DNA of 40,122 bases, taken from the NCBI GenBank assembly GCA_024704765.1, contig JAKMXF010000064.1, forward strand, positions 1 to 40,122, given 5' to 3'. The notes under the pieces are model-generated. The model did not search any database. It had not been told where the DNA came from and was given only the letters and a program-made list of their open reading frames with translations. Numbering within the stretch: the first letter of the stretch is position 1; every line of letters begins with the position of its first letter. Shown piece after piece: positions 21,640 to 32,386 of this stretch. The position numbers and the translations under genes are program-made. Source of the DNA: Oopsacas minuta (Eukaryota; Animalia; Porifera).

Positions 21640-23861
21640 CACTGTCCAACAAATTTTCAGCATTTTTTGCTTCTGGAATACACGGTAGTGTTTTTATGTA
21701 TTCAAGTACCCTGATTCCAAATATCCAATCAGTTTTTCTCTATCAGGCAAGGATTTTGAAAAATTCAATATTTTGTTTTATCATTGCCCCAGTGTATTCC
21801 TATAAATATATCTCTTTAGTTTGGCTAATCAAATGCATACTTATGATTAAATTACAATGAAAATTGCCAATTGGTTTAGCATTTATTATACTAATTTAGA
21901 AATGCTTGGAATATGATTTTCTTTTGTATGTGGCACCAGGAATATCTCTTTTTAGTGACCAACAATAATCAGCCATCATGTTTGGAGAGAACTTTCATTG
22001 TGCTCATATCTTGATGAAATCTTTCACCAAGTTCATCACTCACAGCACCTAGATTTTCTGGAAAAAATTGCAAATGTGAGTGAAGAAACTGTATTTTTAG
22101 AGACATGTTACATCCCATTGTTCTGAATGCATCAAGTAGTGTCACAACAAGTTCTTCATAAATTGGTGATTTCTTAGTTCCTAAAAAGTTCTCATTTAAA
22201 GATTTGAAAGAATTCCATGGTGCTTTCTCGACAGAATTTAGACATGCTTCGAAGTTTAGATCCTTGAATTGTTCTCTAATTTGGGGACCTATAAATACCC
22301 CTTCCTTGATTTTAGCATCATTGACCTTAGGAAATTTGTCCTTGAGGTATTTGAAATCTTCTTCTTCTTTATTGTAATTTACTATCGCCTTTACAAAGTT
22401 TTTCATCAAACCCAGTTTTATGTGTAGAGGTGGTAACAGAATTTTCTCTAGATATACTAAGGACTGACAGCTTACACTCTTTACACCAGCAGTTAATTGA
22501 TATTGTAGAGGCCACTCCTTAACTATATAGTGGGATTGCCTTGCTCTACTATCCCACTCACAGAGGAAGCAACAATATCTCGTGTATCCAGGTTGCATAC
22601 CCAACAAAAGTTCAATTACCTTCAGATCACCACAGATGTGCCAATTGTAATAGTCATATCTGATCAGTTACAATAAGTTATCCATATTCTCATGAGACTC
22701 CTTCATGTGTACCGAATGACCTATCGGTATGGATGGTAATACATTACCTTTATGAAGTAAGAATGCCTTGAGGCTGTACTTAGAAGAATCAATGAAGAGA
22801 CGCCACTCTGGTGGTTCGTGTTGAACACCTAAAAACTCCATCACACGATCCACATGTTACAATAACAAAGAGGGCCCTGCATTTCAAAATGTACAGAGAA
22901 ATCACTTTGACGGGTCCTGAAAAATGAAACTTTAGTCTCCTTATCCAATAAGTTCCAACCTTTCAATCTTAACCCAAGCAATTCACTTTGATCTTTTTGT
23001 CAAATTCAAGTCTCGAACCAAATCATTCAGCTCACTTTGATTAATGATGTGGGGAAGTCTTGTTTTATCAGGTGGCATAGGCGGAGGTATAAATTCCTCA
23101 TCATTTTGATCTAACATAACACATTCAACAGTATCGCCATCAAAGGAAACTTTCTTAAGCTTAGGTACTTCGAATTCTGTAGAATGCTAAACAGGGCGAA
23201 TCGCAGATTGAAGATTGGGATAACATATTTTCTTTTTGGTCTTAGAAGTGATTCCTTTTATATCAGTCAAACAGAAATAACAATCAGTATAATGATCTCT
23301 TGGTTCCCTCCATATCATGGGAATAGCAAATTGCATTGAAGTACGTGAGCCATTTAGCCATTTACTAAGTCCTATTGCACATTTAGAGCAACAAAAATGA
23401 GGTACCCAAGGCTTATCTTGATCACAAATGTTGCAACCGAAATATTGCTCATATCCCTTGTGTACAAGGGGAGACATGTCTCTCAGCTTAAATTTTGTAG
23501 TAAATTCTCCAAAAATATAACAGAAAGAATCGGTTGGGTTTGAACATCGACGAGACATTACTGAAAAGAAATAAATAAAAATACAATCAGATAATCTCCT
23601 CTTGAAAGAGCAAGTAATATTCTATATATTTTAAGAAAATTTGAATTGTTAGACAATATATACGGAAGGTATTAATACATATACAATTACAAATTCTATA
23701 GAGACCTATGGAAACATGATTTTAGAAATTTCCGAATTTTACAAAATCTCTACCTGATAGAGAAAAACTGATTGGATATTTGGAATCAGGATACTTGAAT
23801 ACATAAGAAACACTACCGTGTATTCCAGAAGCAAAAACTGATGAAAATTTGTTGGACAGTG
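21640..23861 (-). mobile_element. Chapaev3-type (CMC superfamily) DNA transposon, 2222 bp, complete ends, inactivated transposase
   Basis: TIRs 21640..21766 and 23734..23861 begin CACTGTCCAACAAATTTTCA, with TAA on both flanks (3-bp TSD). Transposase pieces on minus 23558->21896: CSNPTDSFCYIFGEF..DQDKPWVPH..MIWREPRDHYTDCYFC, WRLFIDSSK, GYTRYCCFLCEWDSRAR, LPPLHIKLGLMKNFVKA, ERFHQD, MADYCWSL. Several frameshifts. Confidence 0.9.
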
Positions 23862-23955
23862 TAATTAATGAGGTAAACATAATATCTTATAATCAGAAAT
23901 AATAAGGAACAAATATCTATGCAAGAAACAAGTAACAGTGAGTTCTAGGCATCCA

Positions 23956-25512
23956 TCATCTAATCTTTAGCATAACTGCAACCCACACGGACACACCAAG
24001 AACTAAACAAATAACATATCTGGTGATAATGAAAAGTTTTGTGTTAAATATACTTTTCAATTTCGAGAAATGGGATCCTTGAGGAGAAAGATGGAAAGCG
24101 GATTTTTCTGCATGTAACAATTCTACAGAACCATCTGTTAATTGTGTGTTGTTGTTATTCTTCAATGTAAATTTATTCCAGTCACGACTAAAGAGTAGAA
24201 TAATAACTATAATAAAACATGAAAAACGAAGCACACCTTGTATCGAATACATTGCAAGTGCCTTCCGAGCAAAATACCTAACAAATAAAACTTGTGCAAT
24301 GAACCCTATCACGACTAGAAAGAAAAACTTCATAACAACATATATTTGTTGCATACCACATGCATTCATGACTCCCTGTCCTAATACAACGATGTCACTA
24401 AGGATGACAATTGGCAGTAATAGTAAGTTTAAATAGAGTTCTTGTATGAAGCTATCATCTGTCGTGAACAGAAGACTTAACGGCCGATGGAATAGCATTG
24501 CCATTACACTAAGAAATGATATGATAGTTCCAACGAATACCATTCCAAAAAGAGCAGATCTCTTGGCTTTGGTGATAGTGTTTGCACCCAACAGCTGACC
24601 AACACGGATTGTTAGAGCTCTAGCATAACCCATGGTAAATAACGAGAACAGGAACCAGACTGAATACATTATTGAGTAAATCGCTAACTGATTCATGTCA
24701 TGTGAAATCAATAGCAACACAATCAGAGGGAATATGTACCAGACTACACTACCTACAGCAACCTGCATGATAGCTGGGATTGCATATTTAGCAGTGTGGT
24801 ACCATTCACTGATCAAATCAATACTGAACTCTGCATGAGACAAGATTTGGGGAAATAATCTAAGATGTAGAAATATGAGTAGAGCAATGATGTAGTTACT
24901 GATGACGTAAGCTGCTGCTGAACCAGCAAGTCCGAGATCATAATTGAATATGAAAATGTATTGGAGTATACCATTGAATATGTTCCCAATTAGAAGATAC
25001 GCTAATGGAATCCAAACAGTATTTTGTGATTGAAGAAAACAAACAGATATCTTGTAGTAAGCATAAGCAGGAAATCCAAAACAGTATATGCTGGTGTAGC
25101 TTCCAGCACTAACTGACAACTCCCAATTTTGAGTGATAAAGTAGACGATTGGTCTAACACTGACATACAGTGAGAAGAGAGGAAAACAAAGTAGAATCAG
25201 TAGCATTAAAATTCTATAGTAATGCAGTACTACAAGTCTATGTTGATTGGCTCCGTGTGTTTGAGAACAGAGAATACTCACATAAACTGACAAACCTTCT
25301 GATATTGAATAAGCTGTACATGTTGTGACCATCTGACCAATGAAGAGAGCACTCAGTTCTGTGGAAACATCCTCGCCTGATACCCTTCCAATATATATAT
25401 TACTCAATTTCAATTGGAATCCTTCTGTTAGACACATTATTGAGGTTGGTAATGCCAGTAGAGTAAGGAAATGTATTTCTTCTAACATCCATGTAAACAT
25501 TTGCAATCTCAT
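23956..25512 (-). CDS. MATE/SLC47-like transporter, intronless, divergent copy 2
   Basis: 518-aa multi-TM ORF with ILCSQTHGANQ, KYAIPA, TIRVGQLLGAN, GVMNACGMQQI. Confidence 0.9.
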   Translation of the reverse strand: MRLQMFTWMLEEIHFLTLLALPTSIMCLTEGFQLKLSNIYIGRVSGEDVSTELSALFIGQMVTTCTAYSISEGLSVYVSILCSQTHGANQHRLVVLHYYRILMLLILLCFPLFSLYVSVRPIVYFITQNWELSVSAGSYTSIYCFGFPAYAYYKISVCFLQSQNTVWIPLAYLLIGNIFNGILQYIFIFNYDLGLAGSAAAYVISNYIIALLIFLHLRLFPQILSHAEFSIDLISEWYHTAKYAIPAIMQVAVGSVVWYIFPLIVLLLISHDMNQLAIYSIMYSVWFLFSLFTMGYARALTIRVGQLLGANTITKAKRSALFGMVFVGTIISFLSVMAMLFHRPLSLLFTTDDSFIQELYLNLLLLPIVILSDIVVLGQGVMNACGMQQIYVVMKFFFLVVIGFIAQVLFVRYFARKALAMYSIQGVLRFSCFIIVIILLFSRDWNKFTLKNNNNTQLTDGSVELLHAEKSAFHLSPQGSHFSKLKSIFNTKLFIITRYVICLVLGVSVWVAVMLKIR

Positions 25513-25834
25513 TTTTTATTTTACGAGAACACAAGCAGCCTTTTTATAGCAAATGTCAGACAATTAACTTTATTACATCGTGGTACTGTTTAACACATAA
25601 GATACCTCATACACAATTCACTATTATTACTACAGTCGATAGAATCACTTCAAGGTATACATGGTGACTAGTATTAGTGGGATCAGATGGGCAAACAATA
25701 GTTAGTAGAGGAGAATAGCCATATTTATTATTAAGGGGAAGTAACCTTAAAATGTATACTGTTAGTTGAATCCATAAAACTCCAATTTATTAACAATATT
25801 TGTATGTTTAGGAGAACAAATCAGAGAGTTTCGT

Positions 25835-26447
25835 ATTAATATTAAACCAACTTAACAATTCTACTACAAATCCTAAGCAACAATCTGTATAGAATAATCA
25901 TTTCTTCTTTCCTTTGCCCTTACCCTTTTGTGCTAATCCCTTCCCAGCTCTAGCTGCCTCTATAGCTTCCCTCCCTACATTTTTCTTTTCCATCCTAGCC
26001 TGTCGGAGCACTCCAAACGCATGGACTCGCTTGAGACTTTTCGGGATTTTTCGTGTTTTTTTTTCTGTGTAGCGAGAGGGAGGAGTCGTTTTCTTTTGAG
26101 CTGTAGAGCAGTGTCACATTCCTTCTGACTACTATCTCCTGGTTTGGGCTTCTTCTTGTTCACTGGGAACAATATCATTCGACCTTCACATTTCTTCAAT
26201 CGCTGGAATAAATGTAGAATAAAATAACAAGTACAGTAGACTCTCGATTATCCCGCACTCGAGCTGGAAAAATATATGCTTTTGAGAAAAATCACTGAAA
26301 ATCGTCCAAATTTCGTCCGAGTAGGGAGCTTCAGACTCCTTTTGTACTAATTTATCAAATGATGTGGCGATGTTAAGTCAAGAAATATGTAGTCAAGTAC
26401 AGTAGACTCTGTTTAATCGGGTTATTTGGTCAAACAGAATCATACAA
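25835..26447 (-). repeat. Right arm of the ~613-bp inverted duplication
   Basis: Reverse complement of 20007..20619. Its outer end cuts through the middle of the MITE that is intact at the left arm. Confidence 0.95.
25898..26204 (-). pseudogene. RPL13: Second copy of the orphan RPL13 last exon
   Basis: Same reading as the left copy, with the same A9 (T9 on plus) frameshift and a Y->C change (RLKKCEGRM). Confidence 0.8.
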
Positions 26448-27049
26448 CTAGCATATATTTAAATATGAGTAGCGCATGCGCTGCATTAGGCACATGAATT
26501 TGAATACATACGAAAGTTATGATTGTCCTTTGATCTATTGATAGCTAACTGTTATTACGCTTACATTTGAGATTCGTGTAAATTCAACATCGAAACAAAC
26601 ATGTAAGCATTAGTATAGGCAATGCTATACATTATTATAACTTTCTTAAGGACTAATAGATTGTCATTGAGTTACTTTATAAGTGTCCTTAATAGAAATA
26701 CTAGAATTTCCAAAAGTAAAATATTCAATTTCGATGAGCTTTTATGTGAATTTTGGTGTCATGATTTGAATGCACCTAAACGAGGATAAAAGATAGGCGT
26801 TTGAACTTACTAGCTCCGCCACATTGCTAGTCAGTGCCACCCTATTTGAGCTGTTCTGGCATAATCATATATATTCGTTAGGCTGGGATAGGAGATTCGA
26901 TTCCCCCTTGATTAGCAATTGATTATTCCAAGTTGTAGTAGTGACTGTAGTGTTCAAATGATACTTCTGCTAATGATTTGATGTTATAATATATTTTGTT
27001 TATAATTTAGTCCTTTTTAAGCAATATATCGACAACTATATTGGAATTC

Positions 27050-30000
27050 ATGAGCATCGAAAATATCCAAGAAACCAAGAAAATTATCCGTTCTTTATTG
27101 ATCTCTGCCAAAAATGGTTTAACTTCTCTGCAACTGGAACGTGATTTCATTTCGCAAATTGGTAAACCAATACCTTTCAAATCTTATGGTCACCTCAGTC
27201 TTGAATCACTTCTGTGTAGCATGCCTGATGTAGTGCTAGTATCAAAGAGGAAAGGTATGTTACATCTTAGAGGAGTTGCTACCAATGAGACTTCTCATAT
27301 TGCAAGAATGGTGCAACTACAAACTGGTAAGTATTGGAGATTTGTATATTAATAATGATCTTTTTTGATCCCTCTGTGAATACAACTATTTACTATATTA
27401 CCTTTATATTTAGGGGGGAATAGTAATATCGCGCCAGCAGACAACTCTAGACACAGACACAAACTATTCTTTGCGAACACTGTTCACAGGCCTGAACAGC
27501 CTCCATCAGTTCCTGACTATGTGTGTGTTCAGGTCAGAGCTATATTGATATCCTATCCCAATGGAGTAGAGCTAGCTAATTTCCCGAATGCTTATACAAA
27601 GCGCTTTGGTTACTGTCTCCAGACTTCCAAATTCGGGTTTTCAAGTCTCCGTAGTTTTTTTAGTAATATCCATGGTGTATCATTTTTTACTCGTAACTGC
27701 CTTGAGTATATTGAATACTCTAGTGACGTCATTCGTAAGAAATCCCCTCCTTCTGACAGAAGTCCTCCCGGTTTCTCAAGACATGACTCGATGCCTTCAT
27801 TTTGTGAAGTAGCCAAAAAGAAGATTATCAAACCGACATTTCAGCCTCCTCCAGAAACTTCTATAAGTATCAAACCCATAATAACTGAACTCAATCCACT
27901 CAGTGAGAATCCTATACCAGAAAATGGAGAAGTAACTGAACAGACAACTAAGGTTACTATCAATACTCGTGCTCAGGAGGGAGATGTAGTTTGTAGTAAA
28001 ATGAACCAAGCTTCTCCTCCCTCCACACCCGGTACTTCAGTTTCTAAATTTATTCCCCCTCCTCCTCTCAACCAACGTATCCGAAAGCCTCTCAATCAAG
28101 CAGCTCAGCTCGCTATTTACAAACAGAAGCACGGACAGAACATGTCAAGCAAACTTTCCAAAGAAGTATCTGATCTCCTTGACACTTTACCTCCCTCCAT
28201 TCCGCTGGACGAATTGGTAGAGGCATACAAGATGCGTTATGGGTTCGATTTACCTTTCAAGGAGTTTGGATTCTCTTCTTCTCAAAATCTTATTCAGTCT
28301 CTCTGGCAGACGTGTAAATTAGAAAACAAAGAGACTGGAATATTTGTCACAGCCTTTGATGGCTCACGTACTTCCTCATCACAAACCTTTGTACAGGAAG
28401 AACAGGCCTCCTTGAAATCTAAGATTGTAATAGACATTGAAATAGTTAATAGAATTAGGAACTTGTTATTCAAGTGGCCCTCAGGAATGCCGATATCTCT
28501 GCTACAAGAAAAGTACTTTGATGCACACCATGAAGAGTTACCTTATCTTGAACTTGGGTTTGATGATATATATGAGATGATGATCGCTATACCAGACTGT
28601 GTTACTCTAATACCCAATAAGATGATTGATCCAAGTAGAACTGATTATGTACTGCATGGGATACCTATATTTGATGAAGAATGTCCGAATCTAATGCTGC
28701 CTTTACCAGAGAAATACATTCCATCCAACAATATCATACTTCCCTTTTCAAAACAGCCAATTCCTGCGAATTGGGAATTTAATGTTTATATCCCATTCAT
28801 TTCCAATCCTGACAGATTCTGGGTACAAATAGTAGGTCATTTGACATATGAAGCTCTGGATGGTCTCCTGGAGGATATGACCAAGTTCTACAATAAATCT
28901 AACCTCGATAACTCTACAGAATACTTGTTGAATAACCCAGGAGAGGGGCAGAACTGTGCAGCTCCTTATCAAAAGGATGGATATTATTATCGGGCTAAGA
29001 TTATGAAGATACCCTTACCAGATCAGGCAGAGGTATTCTATGTGGATTACGGTAATAAATCTAGAGTTCCTCTTGGCTCACTAAGACGCATAAAACCTAT
29101 TCATATGGTGTTACCTAGTCAGGCAATACAATGCAGGTTGGCGAATGTTAAGCCATTTGATGGAATACGATGGGCACCAGGCTCTGCACTCAAGATGAAG
29201 GATTTCACTAATAATCTTGAATTGCAGTGTAAAATCCAAAACATTGAGCCTGACGATACTCTATCTGTCCACCTTACCGACCCCAAATCAGAATCTGACC
29301 AATCCATCAATCAAGCTTTGATTGCTAGTGGAATTGCCTCACACGAAGAGAATAATATACCTCTTCATCCTACTCGTGCCTGTATATCTCCGGAAGAGAC
29401 TCAATTTATTTTCTCTTGTAACCCTCCATCTCTTCCTCCTCATATTCCTAATCTATCTTATCCTATCCCTCAGCCTATACAGTTTAACCAACCTCCTCCT
29501 GTTCAAATTCCTTTTCAAAACAATATTCCATACTATCATATGCCTCACCAGTATAATACACATAATCCTATGATTAATCCTATTCCTTACCCTTACCCGA
29601 CACCTCATCATACATACCCTACACCATATATTCCACAGCCACCCATTCATCCGGGTTATCCACCACCTCCTCTTGTCCATCAACCCGCACCTCAACTAAT
29701 CCCGATGAGACCAACATCAAACTTCCGGGCTGTTAGTTATCGGTTCCCATTCCCTCCCACTAATCCTGCTTTTGTATCTTCACAAGAAGACGCTTACGTG
29801 TATAATGACAGAGACAATCAGATTCTAGAGAAAATGTTAAAAGAGAAAGAAAACAAATTTAGTGAAGAAGGATTTAATCCACCTCCTTCTATGGGGACAT
29901 TTGAAAAAGTTCAAAAATTCCTTTCTACATCTTCTAACCCAGATCAGTTGCAGCAACAGAAAGAGGCAGATAAACTGCGAGTAGTACAGCTGATGCAGGA

Positions 30001-30325
30001 AAGAGGTAAACTTGTTGATAAGGGAGTTGATACAAGCAATAAAACAGCATTTGATTTATACTTAGCAAATCTTAATAAGATGTCTTCTGAAATTGAAGAA
30101 ATTAGTATCAGATTATCAGAGACATTCTCTCCAACAAGTACACCTCCTGGTCCACTATTTCTTCCTCCTCCTCCCATCTCTCCCCCTCCCACTAATCCCG
30201 TACTTATCCCTACTGCCCCAACGTTAGGTAGAGGTCGCCTCGGCCCAACAGACGCCAATAAACCTAGAGTCCAGTTTAAATATAAAGGTATAGGGAGGGG
30301 AGGGAAGATGTCAGATTTGATTTAA
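27050..30325 (+). CDS. TDRD5: TDRD5/Tejas-like LOTUS (OST-HTH)-Tudor piRNA-pathway protein: join(27050..27326,27414..30325)
   Basis: Intron G|gtaagt..tttag|GG keeps frame with the 27521 ORF. Four LOTUS-like units (IRSLLISAKNGL.., VRAILISYPNGV.., VSDLLDTLPPSI.., IRNLLFKWPSGM.., with PFKxYG/FGF/LGF motifs) and one extended Tudor (ISNPDRFWVQ..DGYYYRAKI..FYVDYGN..LPSQAIQCRL). A single Tudor favours TDRD5 over TDRD7. Confidence 0.8.
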
Positions 30326-30927
30326 TTAGTTTGCCGTCCTTAATCATTTGGTAGATTTTTCATGTTCTTTCTGTAATTTTCGTTCCACTTTCGCAAATTT
30401 TCTATCTCTACAACCGTTCTGTTGTCTACTTATCAATTTCTCATACAAATGAATTTGTACCTTTCGTTTTATTCTATTTTAATTTCCTTAAATAATTAAG
30501 GCTAGTCTTACACTCAAGAAATAAAGACCTTGGATTTTATAGGTACAGTGGAGTTCGCTTATTAGAAATATTCCCTTATTAACAACTGAAATTCGTACAA
30601 AATACGAGTTGCTAATAAGCGGATTTTGAGTTAAGAATATTAGGACCTCGTTTGGCCAGCATATGCCCATGAAGGGCATCACTTAGGATCCATTGACACC
30701 GGGGGGCTATAAGGCAGGGTGTTATCCAGCCGCATAAATTTGGGCAATATATTTCTAGGCGTACGAATATTTCTTTCTGTGCGCAGAAACTCCTATATTG
30801 TAATACAAAATGTATAGTCTAGGGGGGGGCACTAAGTCTTTGAGAGGTTTGCACCCAACGAAACATTTTAGGACTTTGATCCTTCGATTACAATATAATA
30901 TTTAATAACATCTATTTGTTGTCCTAA

Positions 30928-31720
30928 TCAAAGAAGTACAAATTGTAGTCTTCTTGGGCGCTGCCTGGAAAACTGTTCGACTACCTCTTCAGCATCACAT
31001 GGAATGTCCCTGTTGATAACAACTACGCCAGTCCGTTTAACCTTTCTTCTTTCATGCTACTACGTAGATATGTTTTAAGTAAACGTAAGCTACTAATTGA
31101 AGGTTCACATTCGACACTTGTGGCTGGAAGTGTACAGCAATCTTCAGTAGCTGCTGAATATTAGGGAAGAAATCTTTATTAACTATTTTAAAGTTTTAAC
31201 AGGAGTCTCGAGTGTTACTGCAGCTGTAGTATTATTAGAATTCTTCCATCTCATCCACCAACAGCGTAATTCTACAATACATCAAACCAGTAGGTAAAGG
31301 GAGATTATCTCTATACACTGATACCAAGTCTGGAATATCGCTAAAGTTAATAATTGTATCTCGTTTTGAAAGCGTCGAGGGTAGTAAAGCATAATCTGTG
31401 AAACTATCGCTGATGTTAAGAAGTCGACCTTGTATTCATTTCATTGAGAAGATAGTCAAGCATTGGGATTGTGATTACCCTTTGATTATATTCGAATTGA
31501 CTTGAAGAAGGAACATTGTTCTGATATTGTTGTCTCTCAGTTGTTCTTGGGGCACTTTCCTGAACGTTAACTTTGGCTGCAAGAGCCAATGCATTCATAT
31601 ATACTCACCGAGCAAAGGTATTTCAACAATACAAAATATACAACAAAGCTTCGGCAAAATAGCAAATAATTGCAAATTGATAAGTTTGGATAACTCAAAG
31701 ACAATTGAATTATGTTAGTT
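30928..31720 (-). mobile_element. hAT transposase relic (THAP12/ZMYM1-like, C-terminal dimerisation domain)
   Basis: RTTERQQYQNNVP..YNQRVITIPMLDYLLNEM, then TLPATSVECEPSISSLRLLKTYLRSSMKEERLNGLA..INRDI..VVEQFSRQRPRRL. Frameshifted. Confidence 0.8.
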
Positions 31721-31935
31721 AACATTGTTCCAGACTAAATCTAGGAATATTTTGTCTAATTACATATTTTCAAGCCACACTTTACTCATTGAATAGATAA
31801 TTAGCTAATTTATAATACAAGCAAGCTTCGCTTACTTGCGTTGCGGGGCACGAGAACACTGTGTTCGCAGGTGGCACCCTTTGGGTGTCCATTGTATCCT
31901 TCCTGATTATTATTGAACATATAGATATCAAACAT

Positions 31936-32386
31936 TTACATTTCTGATAATAGCATTACAGTGATCACATAATAATCCTTAACCGAATACTGCCGAGTGA
32001 CTTTATGACTGCAAAAGTTGCTAAAATCTCGCATTTGGTGCGGGAATTGGGTAAAACGAAGTGGTAATATTCTAGCGTTCCTTTTCATCACGAAAGTTAG
32101 ACTTCTGCAGTACCCCTTTTTGTAGATTAGTGTTTCCACTTGTGATGTCCCTAATTAACTTAGCCTTTTTAAAACTTAGTGCTATATTAGGGTCGCCTCC
32201 CTTTCCTTTCTTCTTTTTGTTTCCCTTACCTGTTTTCTTCCCGTGCTTGTTCGTAACATTTTTCGTCTCAACGACAGATAGCTTGCGGGGAGGGTCAGGA
32301 ATACTTTCAGCATCAGAGCCCGATTCCAGTAAAATGCCATCAATGACATTGACGTCAATATGTTGTTTATCAGCTTCTGCCATGTT
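31936..32386 (-). other. Unassigned acidic/basic N-terminal ORF (MAEADKQ..KKAKL) with a frameshifted continuation; possibly the 5' part of the hAT relic
   Basis: Good start context aacATGG and coding-like composition. The continuation FTQFP..RDFSNF..QYSVKD..CDHC loosely recalls a TTF-type zinc finger. Confidence 0.3.

Noticed and set aside
20007-26447. Composite transposon with 613-bp TIRs
   Set aside because: No TSD and no TIR-like terminal motif, and one arm begins mid-MITE. Kept only as a minor alternative to the inversion model.
27050-30325. piRNA-pathway gene embedded among transposon relics as a functional linkage
   Set aside because: TE relics are dense across the whole window, so proximity carries no evidence.
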